Source of the DNA: a virus
DNA: 64,000 nucleotides
Reading direction: 5' to 3' (one strand)
IMG/VR virus record: IMGVR_UViG_3300011271_000003
Span: 1-64,000 of that record
Positions 31,223 through 41,127 of this stretch are shown here, in pieces. The position numbers and the translations under genes were made by a program. Positions within the stretch are counted from its first letter, which is position 1. Each line of letters begins with the position of its first letter. The notes beneath the pieces are model-generated. The model saw nothing but the letters and a program-made list of their open reading frames with translations, was not told the origin of the DNA and ran no database searches.

Positions 31223-31316
31223 CCCGGGCGGGCATATGGCTATCCGCCTAGGGGTGCGCTGCTTGAACCGGGTACCTCTACTTCAGGATCCGTAAGCTGC
31301 AGCGTGCCCGCCCGGG
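31223..31316. ncRNA. Candidate structured RNA element, ~95 nt
   Basis: Perfect 12-bp terminal stem CCCGGGCGGGCA/TGCCCGCCCGGG with internal CGCTGC/GCAGCG helix. Confidence 0.4.
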
Positions 31317-31327
31317 AGTATCAGGTG

Positions 31328-31870
31328 TCAGGGAAGAACTGACGCAGCTGCCGCAGGCTTAGCGTCGACTCCGCTCGCCGTGGAGGTTCCTCCCTCATAC
31401 TTCATGAAGCTCATGAGCTCGATGCGCGGTTCGACGACTCCTTCGGAGTTCTTGTTCTTCTTGTTAAGCCGCCGAATGCCCCAGATGTCCTTGCCGATGT
31501 AGAACTCACGGGCGTCTGGGATAACGAGTGCGCCAGCCTGGACAGGGTAGTCCAGGGCCTTCAGGATCTGGCTGATTGTGTACAGCGCCGGCTCGAAGCA
31601 CATCGCGTTCGTCCAGTCCTTGTACGTTACGTACTTGCCGTCCTGGATGATGAACTCGAAGTTGATAAACGGCTTGCCTCGGTTCTCAGGCTTGGCGTTT
31701 TCCGAGGTGAACTTGATCTCCATGTCGGTGATCTTGAGGTGGAACTTACCCGCCGGAAGGTCTTCACGCGCCTTGGAGGCCGCTTCCTCCGCCGACATGT
31801 TCACTCTGATACCTTCGCCAGTGCCCATGGAGGAGGTACCTTGGAGACCAACTTCGTCGGGGGTGGTCAT
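31328..31870 (-). CDS. Putative single-stranded DNA-binding protein (DUF669-like OB fold)
   Basis: LPAGKFHLKITD...GKPFINFEFII.DG; near the AAA ATPase and nuclease genes; strong GC3 bias. Confidence 0.6.
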   Translation of the reverse strand: MTTPDEVGLQGTSSMGTGEGIRVNMSAEEAASKAREDLPAGKFHLKITDMEIKFTSENAKPENRGKPFINFEFIIQDGKYVTYKDWTNAMCFEPALYTISQILKALDYPVQAGALVIPDAREFYIGKDIWGIRRLNKKNKNSEGVVEPRIELMSFMKYEGGTSTASGVDAKPAAAASVLP

Positions 31871-32262
31871 GATAGTGTCCCTTCTGTGTTCGCTTTCACG
31901 GTTCGCTTTCTAGGTGTACCGAAGTGCTCGTTGTAGTATCTCTCGACGTTCTGTCCTTGTGTCTTCGCCTCTAGGCAGTCTGGGGCGACACAGAGTTTAA
32001 TGTCGCACAGCTGATCGATGACGCAGCCCTTTGGAATCGGCCCCTTGAAGAGTATGTACGAGTACCTATGGGCCAGAATTGTTTTGCCACGGATTCTGGT
32101 GACGCCGTAACCGCTATAACCGTACTTTGGATCCTTCGATCCCCGACTTGTATGCCCTTTGTGCTCAGCGCCCTGCCAGATCCAGTGCTTACCGACTTTT
32201 ATAACCTGCTTATGCTCCAGGTTGTATTTACGTTGCTCGTCAGTAAGTCTCGGAGGCGCCAC
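31867..32262 (-). mobile_element. Free-standing HNH endonuclease
   Basis: WIWQG..GYG..AHRYSY..KGPIPKG..ID.LC..CV.P..LE..T..N. Confidence 0.8.
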
Positions 32263-32516
32263 TGTTGTCTACCTCTCGAAGAGAAATACGCGCTGCCAGC
32301 TAGCGCGACTTGGTCCGGGCGCTACAGGCCAAATTTCTTTTATGGTCCAGCCATCGTCGAGAATATCACTGAGACCTATGATCTTTCCGAGGTCGCGTGG
32401 CGTACCCATGTCGGCGACTTGCGCGCCGGTAGTTTCGCTCACCTCTACATCGTCATGTACGTTAAGGGTCCGTACACTGTACTCAGACATATCGTTCGCC
32501 TTTCTGGTTCGCGTTC

Positions 32517-34184
32517 TCAGCTAGTTTCTGGCTTCTTGCTGATGCCTTGCGTGATTCCCTTGTAGATGTCTGCCATTGTCGGGTCGATCATAACATCCGG
32601 TAGATTCCCAGATCTGTCCTTTCCGATATATCCCTCGCGTGCGCCTGTAAGTAGCTTGCGGACAGGCTTGCCGTCTTCTGTCTTCATGTACAGGTAGGTG
32701 ACGACATCGAAGAACCCCGCCACCTCGAACGAGAGCTTCCCTGACAACTGAGGCATGTGCAGGATCGAGCCGTTCAGGGCGTCTTTCTCTTGCCGTTCGT
32801 GAGCTGTCATGATCACGTTGACGGGGAGGTCACGGTACTTGCGAACCCACTTGCGAATCTGCTCTATATTCTTACCCCACCTCCTGATATCCGGAATGTC
32901 TGGGTCCCAGTTCTTCTCTGGTTCTGCCATAAGCAGCTCGGCCATAAGCTGGGACATGTTCATTTTCTGGCACTCGGTAAGAGTATCCAGAATGACAGTG
33001 CGTGGCGCGTACTCTCCAGGTTGTACGCCATTGTAGCAGTTGTGGACGAAGATTCCCGCTCCTATGGCGAAGTTTCTTGTCGAAGTTTGAATGTCGAATG
33101 TGGGCTCTTCTCCTGCTGGCGTTATGGAGACTACTCTGTGGTTTTGCTTATTTTCCTGTAGGATCCTGTAGACGCGCGATACTGATAGATTCAGGTGCTC
33201 TGCTACTTGCATCCGTGTCCAGTCAGGGTGTTCTTGTATAGCAGTCGCAACTTGGTCACGACTGGACCCCTGACCTGGCCTGCCCCTCTTCTCATTGTAG
33301 TACTCCTGTAGTCCCGCTGCACTAGCTTGCTCTGACTCAGAAGTGTGCCACTTGAAGTCTGTCAGCTTAGAGTGATCTCCCCGTGAAAGGCACTCTAGGT
33401 TGTCAGGGTAGTTGTTGAATGTGTTGTTGGGATCAGCATCGTTGCGGTGGTGTACGACCATACCTTCAATATCCATGCCGAAGAACCTCGCTGCGACTCT
33501 GTGCATATACTCCAATGGAGTCGTCCATTTGTTGTCCGGCTTGACTACGTGGTACTGCTTTTTTGACTTACCTACTGTAACGGTGCTCACGGTAGCAGGC
33601 ATCAGCGATGTGCCTCGGATGAGCTTATCTACGCGTGCATAGGTTCCATCGCGCAGCATAAGAAGGTGGTCTCCAGTTGCCCTAAATCGAGAAAGATTCC
33701 CAACTCTGTCGTCGAGTACGACTTCGTATACAGGCTTAACGCCCTGTACGAAGACTTCCTCGACTAGGGCCGGCGTCCAGCCGTCTTCGTCCGTCCACCC
33801 CCAGACCCAGTCTCCCTTTTGTAGGGCGGCTATTAGCCTGTTCCTGTTGAGCGTAATGACTTCGGTGTCACCTGTCAGGCATTGTCGAGCTATCTGATCG
33901 TACACTGCCTCTAGCTGGGCCCAGGAGAGGCTTCCTTCCTCTGGAACCTTTTTGATCTCTGGAGCTGCATGCCGAAGCGTCATGTCCCCGCCCTCAATGT
34001 TGAGGTACAGGACCGGACGCATTGCGGGCACGTGATCCGCCGTAGCAGCCAGGAACGTCTTGCCGACGCCAGGCTGGCCATATATAAGTAGGTTGATATT
34101 GGCACGTGTGTCTCTGACCGGGGCAAAAGGAATGCCCGCGAACGTCTTTGGACTTACGACAACGTTTGCCGCCGGAGTGGTCAC
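32517..34184 (-). CDS. AAA_24/Sak4-like ATPase, intein-containing
   Basis: Walker A GQPGVGKT, Walker B VILDTLT, MTAHE, FFDVV.Y, GKDR. Confidence 0.8.
   Translation of the reverse strand: MTTPAANVVVSPKTFAGIPFAPVRDTRANINLLIYGQPGVGKTFLAATADHVPAMRPVLYLNIEGGDMTLRHAAPEIKKVPEEGSLSWAQLEAVYDQIARQCLTGDTEVITLNRNRLIAALQKGDWVWGWTDEDGWTPALVEEVFVQGVKPVYEVVLDDRVGNLSRFRATGDHLLMLRDGTYARVDKLIRGTSLMPATVSTVTVGKSKKQYHVVKPDNKWTTPLEYMHRVAARFFGMDIEGMVVHHRNDADPNNTFNNYPDNLECLSRGDHSKLTDFKWHTSESEQASAAGLQEYYNEKRGRPGQGSSRDQVATAIQEHPDWTRMQVAEHLNLSVSRVYRILQENKQNHRVVSITPAGEEPTFDIQTSTRNFAIGAGIFVHNCYNGVQPGEYAPRTVILDTLTECQKMNMSQLMAELLMAEPEKNWDPDIPDIRRWGKNIEQIRKWVRKYRDLPVNVIMTAHERQEKDALNGSILHMPQLSGKLSFEVAGFFDVVTYLYMKTEDGKPVRKLLTGAREGYIGKDRSGNLPDVMIDPTMADIYKGITQGISKKPETS
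33039..33881 (-). mobile_element. Intein carrying an HNH endonuclease and an HTH
   Basis: CLTGDT...ATGDH...YMHRV..VVHHRN..NN.PDNLE..H...IFVHN followed by C. Confidence 0.88.
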
Positions 34185-34775
34185 TGGCGCTCCTCTTTGC
34201 ATGGGCTGCCGTTGAGCATACATTCTGCCGCTACAAGTACTGCTTCAGCATAGCCTTCGTCGTGTGACTCCCAGCCATGCTCGCCTTCGACGTGTTCCCA
34301 GAGCTTCTCAGGATCAATTCCGACCGCAAGACCTATACGGTCGCACTCAGTTGGCCTGGGATCGAGGTCTATCCAGGGTTCGCCTACACTCACTGGCGCT
34401 CCAATACGGAGTGGGACGGAGGTACTTGGACGGCTGGTTCCGTAACTGTCCAGGGGCCAGCCTGTTCGCAACCTTTGGTTCTGTCGCAGAAGAACGTTTG
34501 GCGAACATCTATCTGAAGGTGTTTAAGTGCCTCTGCTGCATGTATTGCCAGTGTGTCACCTGTAGGAATGACGGTAAGTGAGTTCTGATGTACTGCATGA
34601 GCGTGTACTGTTACGTCTCCTACGAATCCAGGTTTGGAGCACACACCACACGAGCTACCAAAGACGAACTTCTTCATTCTGACTACCTTTCAGCCTGTTG
34701 TTCTCTTTATCCGCCAGCCGTACCAGGTAGCGATGTCAACATAAGCCTTGGCGAGGCTCCCAGCGGAGAAAGACG

Positions 34776-35267
34776 TTATCTGATGGCACTATCCACCTCT
34801 AGGTTCAGTCTTGCAAACTCTCCGAAAAGTTCCTTCGCTTTCTCATCGTATGCCCTTGCTGCCTCAACCTCATCGTCGAAGTAGCCCAGGTGATAGTGTT
34901 CGCCTGTACAGTTTACGTAAGCAACCCACTTACCTCTTCGCTTGTACCAGGAGACACCTTTGAATCGACTTGACCCTCTACGCGACGTAGAGTTAGCGAG
35001 GTTCTGTGCGTGGGTTGCTTCTCGTAGGTTGGTCCTAACATTGTTTAGTCCGTTTCCGTCTTTGTGGTCAATCTGAACTCTACCCATGATAAGGTTATGC
35101 ATGTAAATATAAGTAGTCTGATAGTCCTTCGTCTTGCTAGCTCTGGCGTACACAAGCCAGGGGTTACAGGTAGGCGTAAAAGGGTACCACTTGCGCCTGC
35201 TAACCAGGTCGTAGTCTTCGTCGTCAATAAAGGCCACGGCGCTACCTACCGGTATCTCTCTCATCAC
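34776..35267 (-). mobile_element. HNH-AP2 homing endonuclease
   Basis: IDHKDGNGLNN..NLR; SRFKGVSW...HLGYF..E.EAARAYD. Confidence 0.9.
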
Positions 35268-37426
35268 TCGCCCCCTTTAGACTCTGTGCTGGCGCCCAAC
35301 TTTTGTCGTACGTAGTACGGGAGTCTTCGCTCATACAGAGTGTTAAGTGTGTACTGATAGTCTTGTCCGGAGTTTTGGGAAATGCAGGGTGTTTGGAAAG
35401 CGCAGAAGTTGCAACCGAATTTTCCAGGGGAAGGGTAAATACGGAGGTTCGGGTCGATCATGTCTCGGACTTCGGCTAGTAGGTTCTTTTCGACCTGATC
35501 CAGTTCGTAGTCGGACTTGTACACAATGAACCTACGGTAGTAATCGGTTCCGGCTGTTTTAAGGTGCTCGAGGAACTCGTCGTACGCACCTTCTTGCCAC
35601 GCCTCTGTGTCGAACTCTTTAATGTGTGCGAGGTAGACTTCGTAGCTCGTGGCCTGATTTACGTTAACGCTAAACAACCTGCCAAGACGTCGCTGCTTGT
35701 TCTCCTTGGGAGGTTCCGGAAATGCTTTACGTTGTTCGTGATAGATGAAACCACGAACGTTCAGATTCAGCTTCTTTCTTAGCGCCATACAATAGCTGTT
35801 TCCTGTTACTACTATCTGGCCATTCTGACGCATTACCCAGGTGCCGAGGCGAGTAGTTGGGCACCAAACTGGTCGAGGCTCTGGCAGATTAGTTGTTACT
35901 ATTGTTCTAGTCCACTTGCGTGGCTCACTTACAACAGTTTGTTGGCACCTCTTGGCGCCATGCTGAGTAGTTGGATACTTGCCTGAGAGGAAAAAAGCTA
36001 GGCAAAATAGGTCGTTCTTCAGTCCTGGGTTCTGGTGGAACTTATTAGAGTGCCCTTCTGCGAGGATGATAGTCTCACAGAATACTTGACGTGCCTTAGG
36101 CGCTAGCCCGAGGACGAACGATTCCCACCCGTCTAGTTCGTAATTGAGCTTGGCCTTGTCTAGTAGCCGCCGGAAGAAAGGAGCACGCAAGTGCCACTTC
36201 AACCCCTGGACGCCCTTTCCTTGGGGTCCGAACCCTCCGCTGAACTTCGAGATGCTAGAGTAGCAGTCGCTAAACCTATCGAGGAGGCTCTGAATCTCTT
36301 TAACGTACTTGCTCTGAGCAATTGTTACCTGAACGCCTCTGGGTCCTCTGCTGATGTTTCCGTCTGACAGCACCCAGGCAATAACAGCTGCCTCGTCAGG
36401 AGTAATATCGTTAGTAGGGTTGTCCAGCTCGGCTGCTAGTACGACGTAGGCTTGTTGTTGTCCGTTCTTGAGCGCCTGAAGCTGATACGCTCCATGGTCT
36501 GGCGTTGTTGTGTGAGTTCGCTTCGCCCATCTATGTTCGGGAGTTGTGATAAAGTCGAAGGACTTTGCTCTAGAACGAACAACGCTCGTTGGTCCATACA
36601 CGTTGACGTCCTCTAGGAGAGTCCACTCTAGAGCGTCTTCTTTTCCGTTATAGCCGAGGACCTCTTCGCCTACGACAAGCTGATTGTGGTGCTTCCAGCC
36701 ACTACGAGTAAGAATTTCTGAGTCAAGTGGTACACAGGCGATTTGATCATCGAGCTCCAGGAAGACTTCACTGGTAGAAAGTTGCGCTGCAGTCTTCCAG
36801 TCCCAGGTGGGCTTTAAAATCCAGTAGTACCCCTCCATGTCGTGAACGACCAAGTCTACGCGCCCGGAGAGAACTACAGGATTTCCAAACCACCTCCCTC
36901 CGCCGTTCTTGGCGAAGGCTTTTCGACAGGTGACACACTTGCAAAAGACTTGCTCGCCGTTCTCGTCTGTCAAAGGTACGTCGAAGCTGGCTTCAACATA
37001 CACGGGAACGTACTTGGCCTGGATGTCTGCAAGCTGATTATTAACGTAGTACCAAATCATCCCCCGGCCTAGACGGACTCGCTCGGAATAGTCTTCTTCG
37101 ACCTCACCTCCGAGCGCTTGCTCTCCGTTAGCGCGTAGGTACTCTCGCATCTGTTGTTCGCAGATGTCGAAGAAGGCCTTCTCGGCTAGGGCCCCCAAAA
37201 CCTTAGGGTGGTATTTCCAGGTTGCCGGGTTATGCAGCACCTCCATCGCCTTATGGTACGCTATTCCGAACTCAAGCGGTTTGGCTGTCACTGTGGGATA
37301 GTAATTCTGTCTGAACAACCAGTTCCACCTACGTCGACATCCTCTGAACGATCTGCGCTCGCTGGTGTGTATCTCGTGCATGAGCCCACGAGCAATCATA
37401 TCCTCAGCGTAGACAGCTAGGGCCAC
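35264..37426 (-). CDS. Cas4-like PD-(D/E)XK exonuclease, intein-containing, with a 12-nt in-frame insert at 36806-36817
   Basis: SERRSFRGCRRRW, FGIAYHKAME, GRVDLV, DWKT, C-terminal CNFCAFQTPC. Confidence 0.85.
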   Translation of the reverse strand: MALAVYAEDMIARGLMHEIHTSERRSFRGCRRRWNWLFRQNYYPTVTAKPLEFGIAYHKAMEVLHNPATWKYHPKVLGALAEKAFFDICEQQMREYLRANGEQALGGEVEEDYSERVRLGRGMIWYYVNNQLADIQAKYVPVYVEASFDVPLTDENGEQVFCKCVTCRKAFAKNGGGRWFGNPVVLSGRVDLVVHDMEGYYWILKPTWDWKTAAQLSTSEVFLELDDQIACVPLDSEILTRSGWKHHNQLVVGEEVLGYNGKEDALEWTLLEDVNVYGPTSVVRSRAKSFDFITTPEHRWAKRTHTTTPDHGAYQLQALKNGQQQAYVVLAAELDNPTNDITPDEAAVIAWVLSDGNISRGPRGVQVTIAQSKYVKEIQSLLDRFSDCYSSISKFSGGFGPQGKGVQGLKWHLRAPFFRRLLDKAKLNYELDGWESFVLGLAPKARQVFCETIILAEGHSNKFHQNPGLKNDLFCLAFFLSGKYPTTQHGAKRCQQTVVSEPRKWTRTIVTTNLPEPRPVWCPTTRLGTWVMRQNGQIVVTGNSYCMALRKKLNLNVRGFIYHEQRKAFPEPPKENKQRRLGRLFSVNVNQATSYEVYLAHIKEFDTEAWQEGAYDEFLEHLKTAGTDYYRRFIVYKSDYELDQVEKNLLAEVRDMIDPNLRIYPSPGKFGCNFCAFQTPCISQNSGQDYQYTLNTLYERRLPYYVRQKLGASTESKGGE
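35798..36736 (-). mobile_element. Intein (LAGLIDADG-type, ends in GN) in the Cas4-like nuclease
   Basis: CVPLDS...TPEHRW...WVLSDG...ILAEG...VWCPTT..VVTGN followed by S. Confidence 0.88.
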
Positions 37427-37535
37427 TTAGAGGTCCTTTTCTTCTCGCATAGCAATCTTACAGCCTGTCGCGTTCGCTGCTGTAGCGATCAGAATTGCTT
37501 CATAGGGCCTCCTAATGTGTTTGTTCTTACATATA

Positions 37536-37564
37536 ATTATACTTGGAACTCTCTTGGATCACAA
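37536..37564 (-). promoter_or_regulatory. Sigma70/HrdB-type promoter TTGTGA-N17-TATAAT
   Basis: Consensus -10 in the intergenic gap upstream of the recombination/replication genes. Confidence 0.7.
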
Positions 37565-37621
37565 GGGTTTCGCTACCAGGTCATTTAAGTTCCCGCCAGT
37601 GAAAGCCGGGACGTGTATCCT

Positions 37622-38047
37622 TTAGCACCTACAGGCAACATAGCCACATCTGTTACAGACTACACGGCCACGTCGCGCAGCGTGTCGTACTCTGCTACAC
37701 ACCTTACATTCGTGCGAGACCGTGTGAACGCCAAATAGCGCTTTGAGGTGCCCGTTACTACAGTACGGGCTGTATGCTTCTGCTATGTTCTCTTTGTGTG
37801 TAATAGGCCGCACATGCTCCCAGAACGCACGCTTGTCTTTCTTTCGTATGTGTCCGAGCTCGAAACCTTCAGGTACTTCTCCTACGAAGTGGTTGTATGC
37901 GACTAGGTGCGCAGGATGGCTTATCCAAGCTAGACAGAATTGTCCGTATCCCCAGGATCCGTACGTGCCACCACGCCAGTTCCAGCAGCCCGTTTCTAGA
38001 TCTACCACGCAAAAGCTGTAGAAGCGCCTGAGGTCAGCTTCTGACAT
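37622..38047 (-). mobile_element. HNH-like endonuclease with Cys-rich C-terminus
   Basis: GCWNW..GYG..AH...GEVPEGFELGH...H...ITHKEN; ends CNRCGYVACRC. Confidence 0.75.
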
Positions 38048-38399
38048 AAGCAACCTAGTCAATTGGCCCACTCCTTGTGTTGACCATAAGTCCACAGGCT
38101 AGGAGCGCCTCAGTTAGTTCCAACTTCAGGCCTGCTATATCTCCCGGCATAGTGTCTTCCGCCTTGATACCATATACTCGGAGCGCTGCTCTGGCAAGTC
38201 GGAGTTGTGCCAGTCTGATTTCGCCATAACTAAAGGGTGCGCCTGGGGCCTCCGGGTCGAGCTGGTTTGAATGGTATGCGGACCTAGGTCCGTCCACAAG
38301 CGTCGCCCCTGTGTCTCGTCCTTGTTGGAAGTGGCCGGCACGTCTGACTGGAATAACCATACTGCTTCGGTGTCGCATACATTCTCCGTTCAAGGTCCG

Positions 38400-38600
38400 G
38401 CCCGAGCCCGTAGGGGACTATCCGCCGACGCAACCGCCTACCAGGATTGTGTTCACCTCCTTCCGAGTGGCAAGCTTGACCACTCAAGCCCCTGCACGGC
38501 TGGCGTCCCCGGAGAGTCCTCGCCACTCTCGCCGTGTCGGCGGCAGCCTGTCAATTCAGGTCGTTTCCGTGTCGGGAATTCAGTGGTCAAGCTCTTTCCT
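38400..38600. ncRNA. Candidate structured non-coding element
   Basis: ~200-nt gap without a credible ORF; 12-bp and 8-bp perfect inverted repeats that cross. Confidence 0.4.
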
Positions 38601-40908
38601 TATCGTTTAGGTACTCGCTGTCTCTTTTACCCACTGCTCTCGTAGGTCCGGCAGAAGGTTATTGCCAGATGCGACAACCATGTTCTTAACGAAGTCTCTG
38701 ACTACGTCAGCGTGAGGTCTGCGACAGCCTGGCTCTGCATGCACATACCAACCAAATTTCTTGGTCTGTGCATAGCCGCCTCTACCCGTGTTGTGCTGGC
38801 AGGCAAGTGTTGGCTTTGCCACCACAGCTTCCATAGTGGAAGAAGCAGCCACTATGGCACCGAGGGCTACAAGCTCATTCTCAGCCTCTTCTGCCGAAGT
38901 GTCGTCGCTTTCCCACTTGTCCTTCAGGTGAATGAACCGCTCGGCTGCAGCGTTGTCTCTGAACGACAGTATGACTACCCTGGCCATGATTCGACTCTCC
39001 TCACTGCGTGGCGTCCCATTCCATTACACCCTCGACTAGTATAGGGAGGCCCGCATCGGACCGTGTTGGCTAGTGGTGGCTTGAAGAATCCTCCACGTAC
39101 GGCATTGATTCGTATGCTCTTCGGGATTGCTCCATATGCTCCGGTAGTAGGATCTTTATAGAGGACTCCACAGCCGTCGCAGGCTGTGCAGCGCTGCCAA
39201 CGTAGCTTAGTCTTACTGAACTGAGCTATGTGCCAGCGCATGTTTCCTGCTCTGTACCACATTACTCCGATAGCAATGAACACTGCGGCCACCGCGAGCA
39301 CTGCGATTGCGATAAGCCAGTTCAGGAAGTCCTGAAACTGAGTCAGTATATGTTGGGCTGCCAAGGTTACTCCTTTCTGTACACGGTAGTGATCCTGATC
39401 TTTCGGAAGACCACCTTCTTGTTGAGAGGATCATTCACTGGGTAGGCAACGAGCTTAAACAGCTGAAGTGCCTCGAGGCACTTCAAGGCCTCCTCATCGC
39501 CGGAGGAGTCGAACCCGATCACGATCACCACGTCACTCGTCGAACCCGATGACGTCGATGGTACCGGTGTGTACTTCAGGCAGTACGTGTCCTGAGCTAT
39601 ACCAGAAGCCTCCGTGGTGTCTGTAGAACAGTCCTTCGCTGACGCGGCGAAGGACATCGAGTGCGGTCATGATCTGTGTGTTGTCTGCCTGGTAGACAAG
39701 GTCTAGAGGCTCCATGTTTGGATCGATTAGAAGTTCGAGGTTGAATTCGTCCGCGTAGTGCGCGGCAGCGACATAGCAGTACTCAGGAATAGCCGTGGGG
39801 TCTCGCACCGTGTTCAGTAGGACATACAGGCGCTTGATGTCATTCGGGTTCATCTTTATCATGGCTTATCGTGCACCTCACCGTCGATGTAGGAGTAGTG
39901 TTGTCCTTCTTGACAGGCTGACCCCTGTCTATGCAGGTGCACGATTACTACACTGTTTGGACCGTCTGTCACCGACTTGGCTGCAGCATCCTCGAGAGTC
40001 CTCTGTTTGTCGATCCCCTCAAAGACATACATATTTCTCATCAGAACGTCCTTCCTGAGTCAGTAATGCCGTCTGGTACTTCTACGCCTCGACACTCAGG
40101 CATCCTACAGAGGTCTCGTAGTTCTTCCTTCGTGGGGAATTGTTTGTTTTCTGCCGGCCAGCTCCAGGTAGCGGTATTGATTGTAATGCCGCAGGCTGTT
40201 TGACGTCCGTCTGTCGGGTCAACCCGATGCCACCTCTTTGTGTGTGGCGACATCACATAGGTGCTGACCTTGCTCTTCTTACCGCCAAAGAGCTTCCTCA
40301 CAGTGAATACCAATCTCTCGTGATGTACTTGTAGGCCCCACGTATGCTTCTAAACGTGGCGACAACAGGCTTGGCTAGCACCCTGTGGACTTTCACTCTT
40401 AGGGTGGCCCGCAGCAGGCGACGCGCGTCTCGCCTACCCTGACGAATTAGGTACCGCCTGTCGCGGCTACTCTCCTTGAGATGCGACTCGTCGGTCCACA
40501 ACTTATTGCCGGCTTCGTCCCAGATGCCTATGACATTAGTCATATGTCTATCTGTCTCTGCGAGCTCTGCATCTGTCGGAGCTGGAATTCGCGCTGACGG
40601 TCTTGTGTCAGTTGCGAGAGGCATCTCACCTGTAGTGTGTGCGACCTCGATTTGCTCGGTTGCGACGATAAGAGGCATCGAAACGGCCTTGAACGTTCCG
40701 GTTGCCTCGACCTCATCGAAGACTTCACGACGCTCGCCGTAAACGCGAAGCTCGACCATGTACTTGGCGAAGCTGGGATCCTCGATCTGGCTGACAAGCG
40801 CCTCGAACTGGAGTGACGTCTCGGTGGTTACATCAACGTGGAACTCCTTGTCGAGGGGGGTGATTCGTCCGTGTGTGAAGATAGGGTTGTAGTGTGTTAC
40901 GGTCATGA

Positions 40909-41127
40909 CTATGCCTCCACTAGGTAGTCGAACTCACCCTTCTTGACGCCGCCCAGAAACGCTTCCCACTCCTCTCTGGTGTATGCGAGCGCAGGGCCTT
41001 TGGGGTCCCTACCGTTTCGCACGAGTACGGCTATTGGCTTTCCATCGAAGTGCGTTCCTTCAGGTGCTGCAGCCACCTCGAAGCAGGCACCATTGTTAAC
41101 GCTGTAAGATGACTTCTTCCACTGCAT
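40909..41127 (-). CDS. DUF397 (BldB-family) protein
   Basis: WKKSSYS..NGACFEVA...VRN..DP.GPAL.YT..EWEAFL.GVK.GEFD. Confidence 0.88.
   Translation of the reverse strand: MQWKKSSYSVNNGACFEVAAAPEGTHFDGKPIAVLVRNGRDPKGPALAYTREEWEAFLGGVKKGEFDYLVEA

Noticed and set aside
35264-37426. CRISPR-Cas system suggested by the Cas4-like gene
   Set aside because: No repeat-spacer array or other cas genes were seen; the context is a Sak4/SSB/exonuclease recombination module.
37430-37520. Tiny leader ORF MKQF* with strong RBS and hairpin upstream of the nuclease gene
   Set aside because: Too short to distinguish from a gene remnant without comparative data.
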